In this document: piece after piece, positions 18,375 to 27,415 of the stretch
Layout of the letters: every line of letters begins with the position of its first letter
How positions within the stretch are numbered: position 1 is the first letter of the stretch
Assembly: GCA_965208635.1 (NCBI GenBank)
Contig: OZ242349.1
Span: 3,852,272-3,916,271 of the forward strand
Source of the DNA: Candidatus Poribacteria bacterium
Lineage (GTDB): Bacteria > Poribacteria > WGA-4E > WGA-3G
DNA length: 64,000 nucleotides
Reading direction: 5' to 3'
The notes under the pieces: model-generated
Seen by the model: the letters and a program-made list of their open reading frames with translations, nothing else
The model's database searches: none
What the model was told of the DNA's origin: nothing
Program-made: the position numbers and the translations under genes

Positions 18375-18536
18375 AGCTTTCCGTTTCAGTGAATAAATTG
18401 AGTTTCAGTGTGTTTAACCCAACCTACGAACTTTCTAACCTCTCTGAACGTCCCTAAAAAGCTTTGAAGAAACTTGTTGTTTATGGGTTAACCATCTTAT
18501 ATTTGTTGCTACCTTGAATCAACTGTCCAACCTTAG

Positions 18537-19247
18537 ATGGAGGGAAAAATGCCATATAGGGCTATTGTATTCGATCTATTTGGTACTTTAGTTGAAAATT
18601 TTAGCGGTCAAGCGTACGACCAAGTTCAAATTCAAATGGCAAAACCCCTTGATATTCCATACCCAAAATTCCAGCAACTCATGCTGGAAACGATCAATGA
18701 TAAATCCTCAGGTGGCTACCATTCTGTCGAAGAAAATATACTTGAGATATGTCGTCGTTTAAACCTTAAGGTAGATACGACACAGATTGAGCAGGCTGCC
18801 ATCCCACATTATGAATTCTCGAAAAATACACTTGTAGTAGAGTTTAAAGTCTTAAAGGCATTAGGGACACTGAAGCGGGACAACTTACTGTTAGGGCTTA
18901 TCACTAATTGCAGACCGCCTATCCCATCTGCTTTCTCGGAGTCTCCATTGGCTCAATACATTGATGCCTCTGTTTTCTCATGCGAAGAGCGGGTTAAGAA
19001 ACCTTCACGTCGTATCTACGAGATAGCGTGTAAACGCCTGAGGGTCCAACCACAGGAATGTGTCTACGTTGGGGACGGGAGTGGTGAGGAATTGACGGGT
19101 GCAGCAGCGGTCGGCATGCTACCGATACTCAAACGAGTCGATTTAACGGATGTCTACGATCCTCACCGACCAGAAGTAGAAAATTGGCAAGGTCATGCTA
19201 TTGATGAAATTTCGGAATTATGCACCATTGTTTCCAAATTGGTGTAA
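18537..19247 (+). CDS. HAD-superfamily hydrolase (subfamily IA-like)
   Basis: Motif I 'IVFDLFGTLV' and motif IV 'VGDGSGEEL'. 236 aa. Confidence 0.65.
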   Translation: MEGKMPYRAIVFDLFGTLVENFSGQAYDQVQIQMAKPLDIPYPKFQQLMLETINDKSSGGYHSVEENILEICRRLNLKVDTTQIEQAAIPHYEFSKNTLVVEFKVLKALGTLKRDNLLLGLITNCRPPIPSAFSESPLAQYIDASVFSCEERVKKPSRRIYEIACKRLRVQPQECVYVGDGSGEELTGAAAVGMLPILKRVDLTDVYDPHRPEVENWQGHAIDEISELCTIVSKLV

Positions 19248-19292
19248 TTATGTGTTGACCCAAATTGAGAATCTCAAAATGAGCGGAGGAGG

Positions 19293-19410
19293 GGTTATCA
19301 GTTATCGGTCTTCAGTTAAAAGAGGGATCTTATTGAACCAAATCCTCTCTTAACCGACAACCGAAAGGTTTGCGGAGCAAACCGTACTGACAACCGACAA
19401 CCATTTTTTT
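19293..19410. repeat. repeat family C cluster (gttatcagtt / cagttaaaagaggg / ttaaccgacaaccgaaagg + hairpin ggtttgc-gga-gcaaacc)
   Basis: Modules are shared with 2757-2781, 12865-12884, 24594-24620, 34066-34109 and 39535-39572. Confidence 0.6.
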
Positions 19411-19429
19411 TTGACAGGAGGAATGAACT

Positions 19430-20929
19430 ATGGCTCACTTTTTTCCTGAAGCAAGCCGGACTTTCAGCGAATACTTGCTTTTACCTAACTTAACGACGAA
19501 GGAGTGTATCCCTGAAAACGTTGTCCTGAGAACCCCTCTCGTGAAGTTTAAGAAGGGACAACAACCGCCTATGGAAGTGAATATTCCGTTTGCCTCTGCA
19601 ATCATGCAAGCCGTTTCGGATCACAACTTGGCAATTGCCCTGGCGAGACAGGGCGGGATATCCTTTATTTATGGATCCCAAGATATTGAAGAGCAAGCAG
19701 CAATGGTCCGTGCAGTTAAAAACCACAAAGCAGGTTTTGTTGTCAGCGACTCAAATTTAAAGTGTGATAGCACCATAGAAGACGTAGTAAGGTTAACCCA
19801 AGAAACAGGGCATTCGACGATTCCCATAACCGAAGATGGTTCGTCTTCAGGAGAGTTACTCGGGCTGATAACGGATAAGGATTATAGATTGAGTCGAGTA
19901 GATTTAAGTACGAAAGTCAGCAAATTGATGACTCCCTTTCCCCAGCTAATTGTGGGTCAAAAGGGAATTGCGATTGAAGATGCCAACGACCTCATTTGGG
20001 AACACAAGATAAATTGTTTGCCGATTGTTGACGAAAATCGTAGGCTGCTACACTTGGTTTTCAGAAAAGATTACGACGACCATAAGAAAAATCCCCTTGA
20101 ATCAATAGATTCTCAAAAAAGACTCGTCGTCGGTGCTGGCATCAATACAAGAGATTATAAAGAAAGAGTACCCGTCTTAGTAGATGCAGGTGTCGATATT
20201 ATTTGTGTTGATTCTTCTGAAGGGTATACAGAATGGCAGTCGGACACCATTCGATTCATTAAAGATAAGTACAATGATACTGTGAAAGTGGGCGGCGGGA
20301 ATGTAGTTCACGGAGATGCGTTTATGTATTTGGTAGAAGCCGGTGCTGATTTTATAAAAGTAGGTATCGGTGGAGGGGCTATTTGTATAACGAGGGAACA
20401 GAAAGGAATCGGTCGTGGGCAAGCGACTGCCGTCATTGAAGTCGCTCGGCAAAGGGATCTGTATTTGAAGGAAACCGGTGTTTACGTGCCAATTTGCTCG
20501 GATGGGGGTATATTCCAAGATTATCATATCGGTTTGGCACTTGCTATGGGTGCGGATTTCGTGATGATGGGCAGATATTTTGCAAGATTTGATGAAAGTC
20601 CAAGTAAAATAAGAAAATTGGGTATGAATACGGTGAAAGAATATTGGGGAGAAGGAACAAAGCGAGCCGCCAATTGGCAACGTTACCACGAGGGCGGCGG
20701 TCCAGAATTGTTGTTCGAGGAGGGGGCTGACGCCTATGTCCCTTATGCCGGAAAGATGAACGATAGTTTGAAAACGACCCTCGCAAAAATCCGGTCCCTT
20801 CTGTGCAATTGTGGGGCGATATCCCTACCGGGATTCCGTCAAAAAGCGAGATTCGTGTTAGTCTCCTCAGCGAGTATTCGTGAAGGCGGTGTCCACGATA
20901 TCATTCCAAGGACGACGCAAGATGGTTAA
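19430..20929 (+). CDS. guaB: inosine-5'-monophosphate dehydrogenase (CBS pair present)
   Basis: Good SD 'aggagg'. CBS pair, '[13 protein letters not shown]', catalytic loop '[11 protein letters not shown]'. 499 aa. Confidence 0.85.
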   Translation: MAHFFPEASRTFSEYLLLPNLTTKECIPENVVLRTPLVKFKKGQQPPMEVNIPFASAIMQAVSDHNLAIALARQGGISFIYGSQDIEEQAAMVRAVKNHKAGFVVSDSNLKCDSTIEDVVRLTQETGHSTIPITEDGSSSGELLGLITDKDYRLSRVDLSTKVSKLMTPFPQLIVGQKGIAIEDANDLIWEHKINCLPIVDENRRLLHLVFRKDYDDHKKNPLESIDSQKRLVVGAGINTRDYKERVPVLVDAGVDIICVDSSEGYTEWQSDTIRFIKDKYNDTVKVGGGNVVHGDAFMYLVEAGADFIKVGIGGGAICITREQKGIGRGQATAVIEVARQRDLYLKETGVYVPICSDGGIFQDYHIGLALAMGADFVMMGRYFARFDESPSKIRKLGMNTVKEYWGEGTKRAANWQRYHEGGGPELLFEEGADAYVPYAGKMNDSLKTTLAKIRSLLCNCGAISLPGFRQKARFVLVSSASIREGGVHDIIPRTTQDG

Positions 20930-20932
20930 AAA

Positions 20933-21718
20933 ATGAAAACTTGCGACAACAAAATCAATCTCAATCTTGACGATAACGCAACAGTGCTCCTCAAAGGGTT
21001 CATCGCGCCGATTGAACACATGAACCCCAACTTCCATGAAGAATGGGATGCGTTAGCAAATATGCGCGTTGCTGAACCAGAAAAGGCGTATGCTGCTTCG
21101 GTTTTCCGAGCGTTCCTTCCAGATAAATCTGTCGCCGTTGGGGACTATTGGCAGATTGATGACGAAGGCGCGTTTACCTTGCTGAACCAGTTGCAGCCCA
21201 ATCCGAATCTGGATATGCACATTAACGCAGGAGATTCCCGTGGTTTATGGGCATGTCTACGCGCTTACAACGATGAATTCGCAGATATTATCTTCCGCAT
21301 CCATGCGACGTTGGCATTAGAGGATGGTTGGTTCACACCTTCTCAGTTTACCGGACATCTATTTATCGACCGCATTAAAAGAAGTGTTGCCTTTTTCCAG
21401 ATGCGCGTTCCTGAAGGGACACTATTCGATGTTAATTGGAGAAAACAGAAAGACGAACCTAACTACTATTATAGCGCAGGTGGTGGCGTTTGTCCGAAAA
21501 TTGAACTTCTTGGGGAAACGCGGGATGGTACTCAGGAAACCGAGTTCACAACATCAATCACGCCAGAAGAGGCTGAACGCATACTGATACAACGTTTCTA
21601 TAAGTCGCAGCAAATCAACTGGGTGCCATTTGAAGAGGCATCAGAAATATCACAAGCACAACAGAAACCGATCCACGCCATTTCAGTCGATGGACCGCTC
21701 GCCGATGAGGCATGCTGA
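20933..21718 (+). CDS. hypothetical protein (ends ...ADEAC immediately before an in-frame TGA)
   Basis: 261-aa ORF 3 nt after the guaB stop. No recognisable motif. Same reading frame as the next ORF. Confidence 0.5.
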   Translation: MKTCDNKINLNLDDNATVLLKGFIAPIEHMNPNFHEEWDALANMRVAEPEKAYAASVFRAFLPDKSVAVGDYWQIDDEGAFTLLNQLQPNPNLDMHINAGDSRGLWACLRAYNDEFADIIFRIHATLALEDGWFTPSQFTGHLFIDRIKRSVAFFQMRVPEGTLFDVNWRKQKDEPNYYYSAGGGVCPKIELLGETRDGTQETEFTTSITPEEAERILIQRFYKSQQINWVPFEEASEISQAQQKPIHAISVDGPLADEAC

Positions 21719-21733
21719 GGGAGCGGCAAAAAC

Positions 21734-22474
21734 TTGAGGGCAGTTGTCCTTTCCGACGATCGAATCATCGAGTTCCTGAACGAAAATTTTATCAATACAT
21801 GGACGCGTAATGCCGAGCTTAGACGCATGCGTGATTCCCAAGGATTTGAGGGTATGTCTCCCTTGGCACGCACAATCATGAGTAACAAATGGTGGCGAGG
21901 TCCAGTAGATACTTGGGTTATATCCCCTGAATTTGAAGCAATAGGACATGTACCAGTCAATAACTACCTTGACAGCAATAGACGTGAAGATGGTACTTTA
22001 GAAAGTGAGAATTACCTCCTATTTCTCGCGGATTCCTTAGACGGAAAACTCCCTGGATTCGGGAACACTGTTCTCACACCTGAGCAGCCCTCACGACGGA
22101 TACTGGACGTTTTTCGCACCCCAGAATATGGACATCAAGACTACACGGTTGTCGTAATTGATACCACTGCGTTTGAAAATGGCGGCACGCTCATCATTGA
22201 TATTGAAGTGGGTGATGAAAAGGCGTATGGATCATTTCATCTCCTGGATGCCGATCACAAACTTACCTTTGATCCTTATTACAAACGTCCCGAAGGAAGC
22301 CTTCTTGAGGCATCGCACGATACAGGTTGGTTGGGTCCCAACGAAATGGGACAGATGACACATCGTTTTGAGCGTGGACAGATCTTTAAATTGGTCGCTC
22401 TGGGGTGGGCATCTAACGAGAAAGGAAGCGTGAACGCTTTTCACGCAAAAATTTCTGTAGAGGCGGCAGACTGA
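21734..22474 (+). CDS. hypothetical protein (same frame as 20933-21718; TTG start assumed)
   Basis: The frame continues open from 21719. Only a TTG start and a weak RBS are available. Possibly the C-terminal part of one 513-aa product. Confidence 0.45.
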   Translation: MRAVVLSDDRIIEFLNENFINTWTRNAELRRMRDSQGFEGMSPLARTIMSNKWWRGPVDTWVISPEFEAIGHVPVNNYLDSNRREDGTLESENYLLFLADSLDGKLPGFGNTVLTPEQPSRRILDVFRTPEYGHQDYTVVVIDTTAFENGGTLIIDIEVGDEKAYGSFHLLDADHKLTFDPYYKRPEGSLLEASHDTGWLGPNEMGQMTHRFERGQIFKLVALGWASNEKGSVNAFHAKISVEAAD

Positions 22475-23182
22475 TCACTGATTACTAACATCTGACAACC
22501 GCACAAATTGGTACCCATCCTGTTTTAGGGCTGTGATGATTTGATCTGTCGCCTCAACCGTTCCTGAACGATTCGCATCCTTATTCTCTGCTTTCCCATC
22601 GTGTAGAACAATAATCGAACCCGGTTTTGTCTTCGTCAATACCGTTTTAGTGATCTTGTCGGGGTTTTGGGTCGTCCAATCCCAACTCCACACGTTGCAG
22701 CTAATGTGGGCGCGATTCCCTTTCGCGAGCACCCATGCGACTGGCAAAAACCTTGTCAGCACCGGCGCGCGAAACTCGATTTCATCTTCCTTGAAAACCC
22801 CGTTGGGGTGACATCTCTGTAGGAGGGTGTCTGTGCGTTCAATTTCCCGTTGGACATAGGCTGGCGGCAGGAAACCAAGGAGTGGGTGGCTATAAGAATG
22901 ATTGCCGATTTGGTGTCCCTCAACGATAATACGATTTACTGTTTCGGGATGCTTTTCGATCCGATTTCCGATCAGGAAGAAAGTGGCTTTAACATCGTGT
23001 TTCGCAAGGACATCAAGTAATCGATCGGTATAAGGTGGATTCGGTCCATCGTCATAGGTGAGGGCGACAATCCGTTGGTCCGTGTTCAGGCGAACAATAT
23101 TCGTTCCGAAAGGGGGTCTAAAGAACAGCCATAGCAGCATCACCGCGGCGAATGTTACAGCAACTATGATGATAGGGTTCAT
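22475..23182 (-). CDS. polysaccharide deacetylase (NodB homology domain), membrane-anchored
   Basis: 'LTYDDGPNPPYTDRLLDVLAKHDVKATFFLIG' NodB motifs. The start at 23182 gives an ATGA overlap with the crtW stop. The ORF track extends spuriously to 23278. Confidence 0.7.
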   Translation of the reverse strand: MNPIIIVAVTFAAVMLLWLFFRPPFGTNIVRLNTDQRIVALTYDDGPNPPYTDRLLDVLAKHDVKATFFLIGNRIEKHPETVNRIIVEGHQIGNHSYSHPLLGFLPPAYVQREIERTDTLLQRCHPNGVFKEDEIEFRAPVLTRFLPVAWVLAKGNRAHISCNVWSWDWTTQNPDKITKTVLTKTKPGSIIVLHDGKAENKDANRSGTVEATDQIITALKQDGYQFVRLSDVSNQ

Positions 23183-23895
23183 TGAAGGCGCGCTCTCATT
23201 CTCCGTATGACTGGCAAATGCCACCATGGGATGTATGGATACTCGTGGTGTTCCCAATGATACCCGAAGTGGTAACAAGTGATAAACGACCAGAGCGTTG
23301 AATAGGCATTACTCTGCGCGCGGTGAGGGTTATCATACCCACTTTCTGGTATTCGATGTGGTAGATAGGTCCCGAAATAGAACAGTTGCAACGTGCTAAG
23401 CAATGCTGGAGAAACCCAAAACAGGACAAGATTGACGGTGGAAATTGCTAAAATATACTCCATGATTTGAAATACAATCGCCATACCGACTATCTGCTTC
23501 CAACTCAAGTATTCTTTCATGAAATGGAAATACCACGCCAAGAAGCCCGTATGGTGTCCATCGTGAAAATCTGGATCTATATCGCTCGCGGGTGTTCGGT
23601 GGTGCTCCCAGTGTTTTTTTACTAATTTGCGGTATGAAAACAGGGCGTATAGTCTGACAGCGATTGCCCCAATGACATTGTTAATACGCGGATGCGTAGG
23701 ACAAACTGAACCGTGCATCGCATCATGTGCTGTGATAAACAGACCCGTATAGAGAAACGTCTGACAAAGCATGCCCAAAGGCACCACCGCAAGGTGGATG
23801 CGGCTCACATCAAGTGTGAGGAGCATTGAGAGACTCAATCCCCATAAACCGACAATCCCTAACGCAATGAATAAGCCTTTATTTCTTGATTTCAT
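23179..23895 (-). CDS. crtW: beta-carotene 4-ketolase (CrtW-type membrane di-iron enzyme)
   Basis: His boxes 'AHDAMHGS', 'HWEHH' and 'HHEYPYIPWWHLP', and 4 TM helices, as in CrtW ketolases. 238 aa. Confidence 0.65.
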   Translation of the reverse strand: MKSRNKGLFIALGIVGLWGLSLSMLLTLDVSRIHLAVVPLGMLCQTFLYTGLFITAHDAMHGSVCPTHPRINNVIGAIAVRLYALFSYRKLVKKHWEHHRTPASDIDPDFHDGHHTGFLAWYFHFMKEYLSWKQIVGMAIVFQIMEYILAISTVNLVLFWVSPALLSTLQLFYFGTYLPHRIPESGYDNPHRAQSNAYSTLWSFITCYHFGYHWEHHEYPYIPWWHLPVIRRMRARLQ

Positions 23896-24581
23896 AAGTT
23901 GCTTAGACTAACCAATCCAAAATATAGGAGTTGCGCAAAATAGCAGTGAAAAGCGATTCGCGGCAATTGTTGACGAAACAGGCCGACTTGAAAACCGATT
24001 GTCGCGAAGATGAAACTTAATCCAAACCACACCAGATAGTTCCGTAAAGGGATATGGTCGTTCATCCATGTCCAGTAATCCAGTTTCGCTGCCGCCGGTT
24101 CCATAAGCAGATCGAAGCAGACCATTAACAAAGCCACCAGAAATGCTATTTTGAAACGGAAACCTTCTGCTAAAAATTTCGGGATAATCTTCTGAGCAAC
24201 AGCAGTCGAGGCAACGAGCATCACAAACCAAGCAGACCCAATACTGATTGGAACACCACCAATCGATGGTCGCAAGGTCTGTCCATACGAGTATGAACCG
24301 AAAATCTCACCTGTCCGAACACCGAGCCATTCAATCCCAAAACTGACGACAACGATCCCTATACTTGCGATGGCAAACTTCGATCGTTCATGTTGTGGAG
24401 ACTCCCACCAGCATTCCCAAAATAGCCATACGCCCAAACCAATCATGATTGGCGAAGCGAGAACTTGCATGACTTCTTGGAACACACCGAGCACATGCCA
24501 CAAGCCACCCGCGCCTAAAAGTAGATAAAGCGCCCCTATTTTAAGTTTCTTAATTTTGCCTTGTCGTTCGGTTAGGTCCAT
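23892..24581 (-). CDS. polytopic membrane protein, candidate carotenoid 1',2'-hydratase (CruF-like)
   Basis: 229-aa integral membrane protein inside the crt operon, ATGA-coupled to crtW. The assignment is contextual, by analogy with salinixanthin/myxol clusters. Confidence 0.35.
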   Translation of the reverse strand: MDLTERQGKIKKLKIGALYLLLGAGGLWHVLGVFQEVMQVLASPIMIGLGVWLFWECWWESPQHERSKFAIASIGIVVVSFGIEWLGVRTGEIFGSYSYGQTLRPSIGGVPISIGSAWFVMLVASTAVAQKIIPKFLAEGFRFKIAFLVALLMVCFDLLMEPAAAKLDYWTWMNDHIPLRNYLVWFGLSFIFATIGFQVGLFRQQLPRIAFHCYFAQLLYFGLVSLSNL

Positions 24582-24620
24582 TGGGTAAATAACGTCTTAA
24601 CTGAAAACAAAAAACGCCTA

Positions 24621-24710
24621 AGCGCGTAGCCTGCAACAACGGCGCAGGCGGATCTACGGAGAGGCATCTGAAATTACCAATCCCTCTCATCGAACCGCAA
24701 GGTATAATTA
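24621..24710. repeat. repeat family B copy between the GT2 stop and the CruF-like start, inside the operon
   Basis: 'aagcgcgtagcctgcaacaacggcgcaggcggatctacggag...catcgaaccgcaaggtataattaaa' overlaps the GT2 stop codon (24708-24710). Confidence 0.75.
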
Positions 24711-25814
24711 AAGAATCTGTCGTCCCTTCCACTGCAGACGACCGCGTCTGACTTGGTAAAATGAATTAACACCAATCAGCAAAGTCAATAAAACGCCAAA
24801 GGGATGTAAAATTACGCTTGTAACGAAGGGGTGCCTATATTTGAGTGCCAGCACCATCCGCATAACGATGTTCATAACGATAGCAACGATTGCCAATCCT
24901 CTAAGCGTCGCAAACCAGACAGTAATGTACGGTAGCACACACATTGTAAACAGACCGAGCATTAAAATAAAAAACGGTATCATTTTGTAGCGGACCAATC
25001 CAAAAAGGTTTTTGGAAAATCCGTTCCAGACCTCGCTGAACGAATGATACATCCGGCAAGATACCACACACGTTCCCGCCGATGTCAAGATTTTGATACC
25101 TCTCTTTTTCGCCAATCGGCTGAGTTCAACGTCTTCAACAATCTGATTTGATACCGCTTGATGCCCACCGACCCGTTGGTATGCCTCGCGAGTAAAGGCA
25201 ATCCAGAGACCGCTCGCCGCCGCAAGCGACGGGAAACGACTAAAGTAGGTAAGCCATAACGGAAGTCCGGCATAAACGAACAGGTCCACTACCGGAACGA
25301 CGAGTTTTTCTGCCAAGGTGCCAGTCACTTTCTCTGGAAACGCCGAGAGCAAGCCGAGTTCCAACTTCTGCATGTAAGCAACAGTGTTTGCAATCGCGTT
25401 CGGGGCAGGACGGTTATCCGCATCCGTGAAAATGAGTATTTCTCCATCTGCGTGTTGGCTCAGTTGGTGGCACGCCCAGTTTTTTCCAGTCCAGCCTGCT
25501 GGCAACGGTTTACCTTGAATCGCCTGAACTGCAGGATACTGTTCGCCGAATTTTTCAATAATCGTACCCGTGCGATCCGTCGATTGGTCATTGAGAACGT
25601 GAATTTCAAAGTTATCGTAGTTTTGAGACAGGAATCCGTTGATACAGGCACCGATGTTAGTTTCTTCATTACGCGCCGGGATCAGCACCGAGACGCGTGG
25701 ATAGTTCTGGAGACCAACGAATTTCTTCAGCATCGGCGCAGTCACAGTATTAAACAGCGCGACTGCTAAAATAACCGCCAACAGAACTATCGAAATAAGC
25801 ATCAGGATAAACAA
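24708..25814 (-). CDS. family-2 glycosyltransferase (CruC-like carotenoid glycosyltransferase candidate)
   Basis: 'VSVLIPARNEETNIGACINGFLSQNYDNFEIHVLNDQSTDRT' GT2 DxD region, with C-terminal TM helices. 368 aa. Confidence 0.65.
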   Translation of the reverse strand: MFILMLISIVLLAVILAVALFNTVTAPMLKKFVGLQNYPRVSVLIPARNEETNIGACINGFLSQNYDNFEIHVLNDQSTDRTGTIIEKFGEQYPAVQAIQGKPLPAGWTGKNWACHQLSQHADGEILIFTDADNRPAPNAIANTVAYMQKLELGLLSAFPEKVTGTLAEKLVVPVVDLFVYAGLPLWLTYFSRFPSLAAASGLWIAFTREAYQRVGGHQAVSNQIVEDVELSRLAKKRGIKILTSAGTCVVSCRMYHSFSEVWNGFSKNLFGLVRYKMIPFFILMLGLFTMCVLPYITVWFATLRGLAIVAIVMNIVMRMVLALKYRHPFVTSVILHPFGVLLTLLIGVNSFYQVRRGRLQWKGRQIL

Positions 25815-25829
25815 GGTAATACCAACCTT

Positions 25830-26489
25830 TCAATCCAACAGATTTTGTCCCGTTTCTTGGCGAAGAATCCGCAAAGCGAGATCGTCTAATAATGCAGTTT
25901 CAGTCTGTTCGAGCCAATCCATCCCTTGAAATGTGCCCGCATCAAGCGAGTGGACAGTGCCGAACAGAAAAAATACGCGTGGACGCTTTTCACCGAGAAA
26001 CTCGGTGCGAATTGCCAATGGCAGCACAGTGACGGATTTCCGATATTTCCGTAAAATCCATTCGACACCACGTTTGTAACCGAGGGGTCGCGTATGCCAC
26101 GGCAACAGTTCCCCTTGCGGAAAAACGGAGACGAGCGGCATCTCTTGATTCAGTAATTCCACGGTGTATTCAAGGGATTCAATAATACTACGTCGATTCT
26201 CCGGTTCAATTGAATAAGCACCTATTTTTCTAAAGAATTTATATTTCGATAGTTGCTTTTCTAACATCATTAAATAAGCCGTCCGACGAAAGATCTTTTT
26301 GTTCAACAGATAAACGAAGAACCCGTCCCACCATGTACTGTGGTTTGGTAGGAGTAGCACCGGTAGATCGTCGGGTATTTTCGGTAGTGTCCCTAACAAC
26401 TGAATCTCGTGAAAATTCCGCTTGAATAACAAAGTCAGATACGGCTGAAAAATGATGTCCGCCCAAAGGCGGTGCTGTGCACGAATCAT
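25830..26489 (-). CDS. lysophospholipid-type acyltransferase (CruD-like carotenoid glycoside acyltransferase candidate)
   Basis: 'NHSTWWDGF' HX4D acyltransferase motif. ATGA-coupled to crtB. 219 aa. Confidence 0.55.
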   Translation of the reverse strand: MIRAQHRLWADIIFQPYLTLLFKRNFHEIQLLGTLPKIPDDLPVLLLPNHSTWWDGFFVYLLNKKIFRRTAYLMMLEKQLSKYKFFRKIGAYSIEPENRRSIIESLEYTVELLNQEMPLVSVFPQGELLPWHTRPLGYKRGVEWILRKYRKSVTVLPLAIRTEFLGEKRPRVFFLFGTVHSLDAGTFQGMDWLEQTETALLDDLALRILRQETGQNLLD

Positions 26490-27415
26490 CTATTGATTAT
26501 TCCTGAGTGTACAGGAAATAGTTTCTCCTGTGCCGATAGAAATTTTGCCCGAAGTCCCTCGTGTAATAGAATCCCGATTTTCTGACTCGACGGTACAAAG
26601 ACTCGACTTAAGAATGGGTTGTAGTCCTGGTCTTCGATCTTTCTTAAGATACCGCGGTAAATTTTAGCCGCCGAATAAATCGCATACTGCGATTCCGTTT
26701 CGAGTAAAGAAATACCAGGCATGGCTTCAGCATAATAGTGATCTGCTCGTTCAATTTGAAATTTCATCAGGGCTTTCAATTGGGGTGTTATTTTTTCTTC
26801 TAAGATGTCTTGCTCCGCTACGCCGAACCTCACCAAATCCTTCTCTGGTAGATAGATGCGTCCCATATCCTTATCCTCCTTGATGTCCCGAAGGATATTG
26901 GTGAGTTGCATGGCAATGCCGAGTTGTTTGGCGTAATCAAAGGCACGTTCGTCCTTATAGCCGAGGACGTGAGTCATCATCAATCCAACAACAGCCGCAA
27001 CGCGATAACAGAAAAGAGAGAGTTCATCGAATGTTTTATACCGCGTCTGCTGGACATCCATGGCAACTCCCTTGAGCAAATCGAGCGGATATTCAATAGG
27101 GATACCATACGCCTTGGCAACGAGAATGAACGCACGAATAATTGGATGTTGAGACTCACCTGTATTGTAAGCAACCTGTAATTCTTCTGTCAAGAGTTGT
27201 ATCTCCCTAACGATTTCTATTTCAGTGCGTTGACGCGGTGTATCAATCAGATTGTCGCAGTGTCGACAGAAACCGTATAGTGCGTATGTTGCCCAACGCC
27301 GCTCTTTGGGCAGCATCCGTGTTGAGAAGTAAAAACTTTTTGAATAGTAGGCGGTTATCCTACGAGCATACTCAAAGGCAACCCGATTTTCTTCTACTTT
27401 CCACATTTTCTTCAT
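26486..27415 (-). CDS. crtB: phytoene synthase
   Basis: 'YGFCRHCDNLID' and 'ILRDIKEDKDMGRIYLP' squalene/phytoene synthase Asp-rich motifs. 309 aa. Confidence 0.85.
   Translation of the reverse strand: MKKMWKVEENRVAFEYARRITAYYSKSFYFSTRMLPKERRWATYALYGFCRHCDNLIDTPRQRTEIEIVREIQLLTEELQVAYNTGESQHPIIRAFILVAKAYGIPIEYPLDLLKGVAMDVQQTRYKTFDELSLFCYRVAAVVGLMMTHVLGYKDERAFDYAKQLGIAMQLTNILRDIKEDKDMGRIYLPEKDLVRFGVAEQDILEEKITPQLKALMKFQIERADHYYAEAMPGISLLETESQYAIYSAAKIYRGILRKIEDQDYNPFLSRVFVPSSQKIGILLHEGLRAKFLSAQEKLFPVHSGIINR

Noticed and set aside
20177-20689. 170-aa minus-strand ORF inside guaB
   Set aside because: Antisense to IMPDH, with low-complexity translation.
22475-23278. Full-length 267-aa deacetylase ORF overlapping crtW by 100 nt
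   Set aside because: The internal ATG at 23182 gives a canonical ATGA coupling to crtW and begins at the TM anchor. The 5' extension is therefore treated as spurious.
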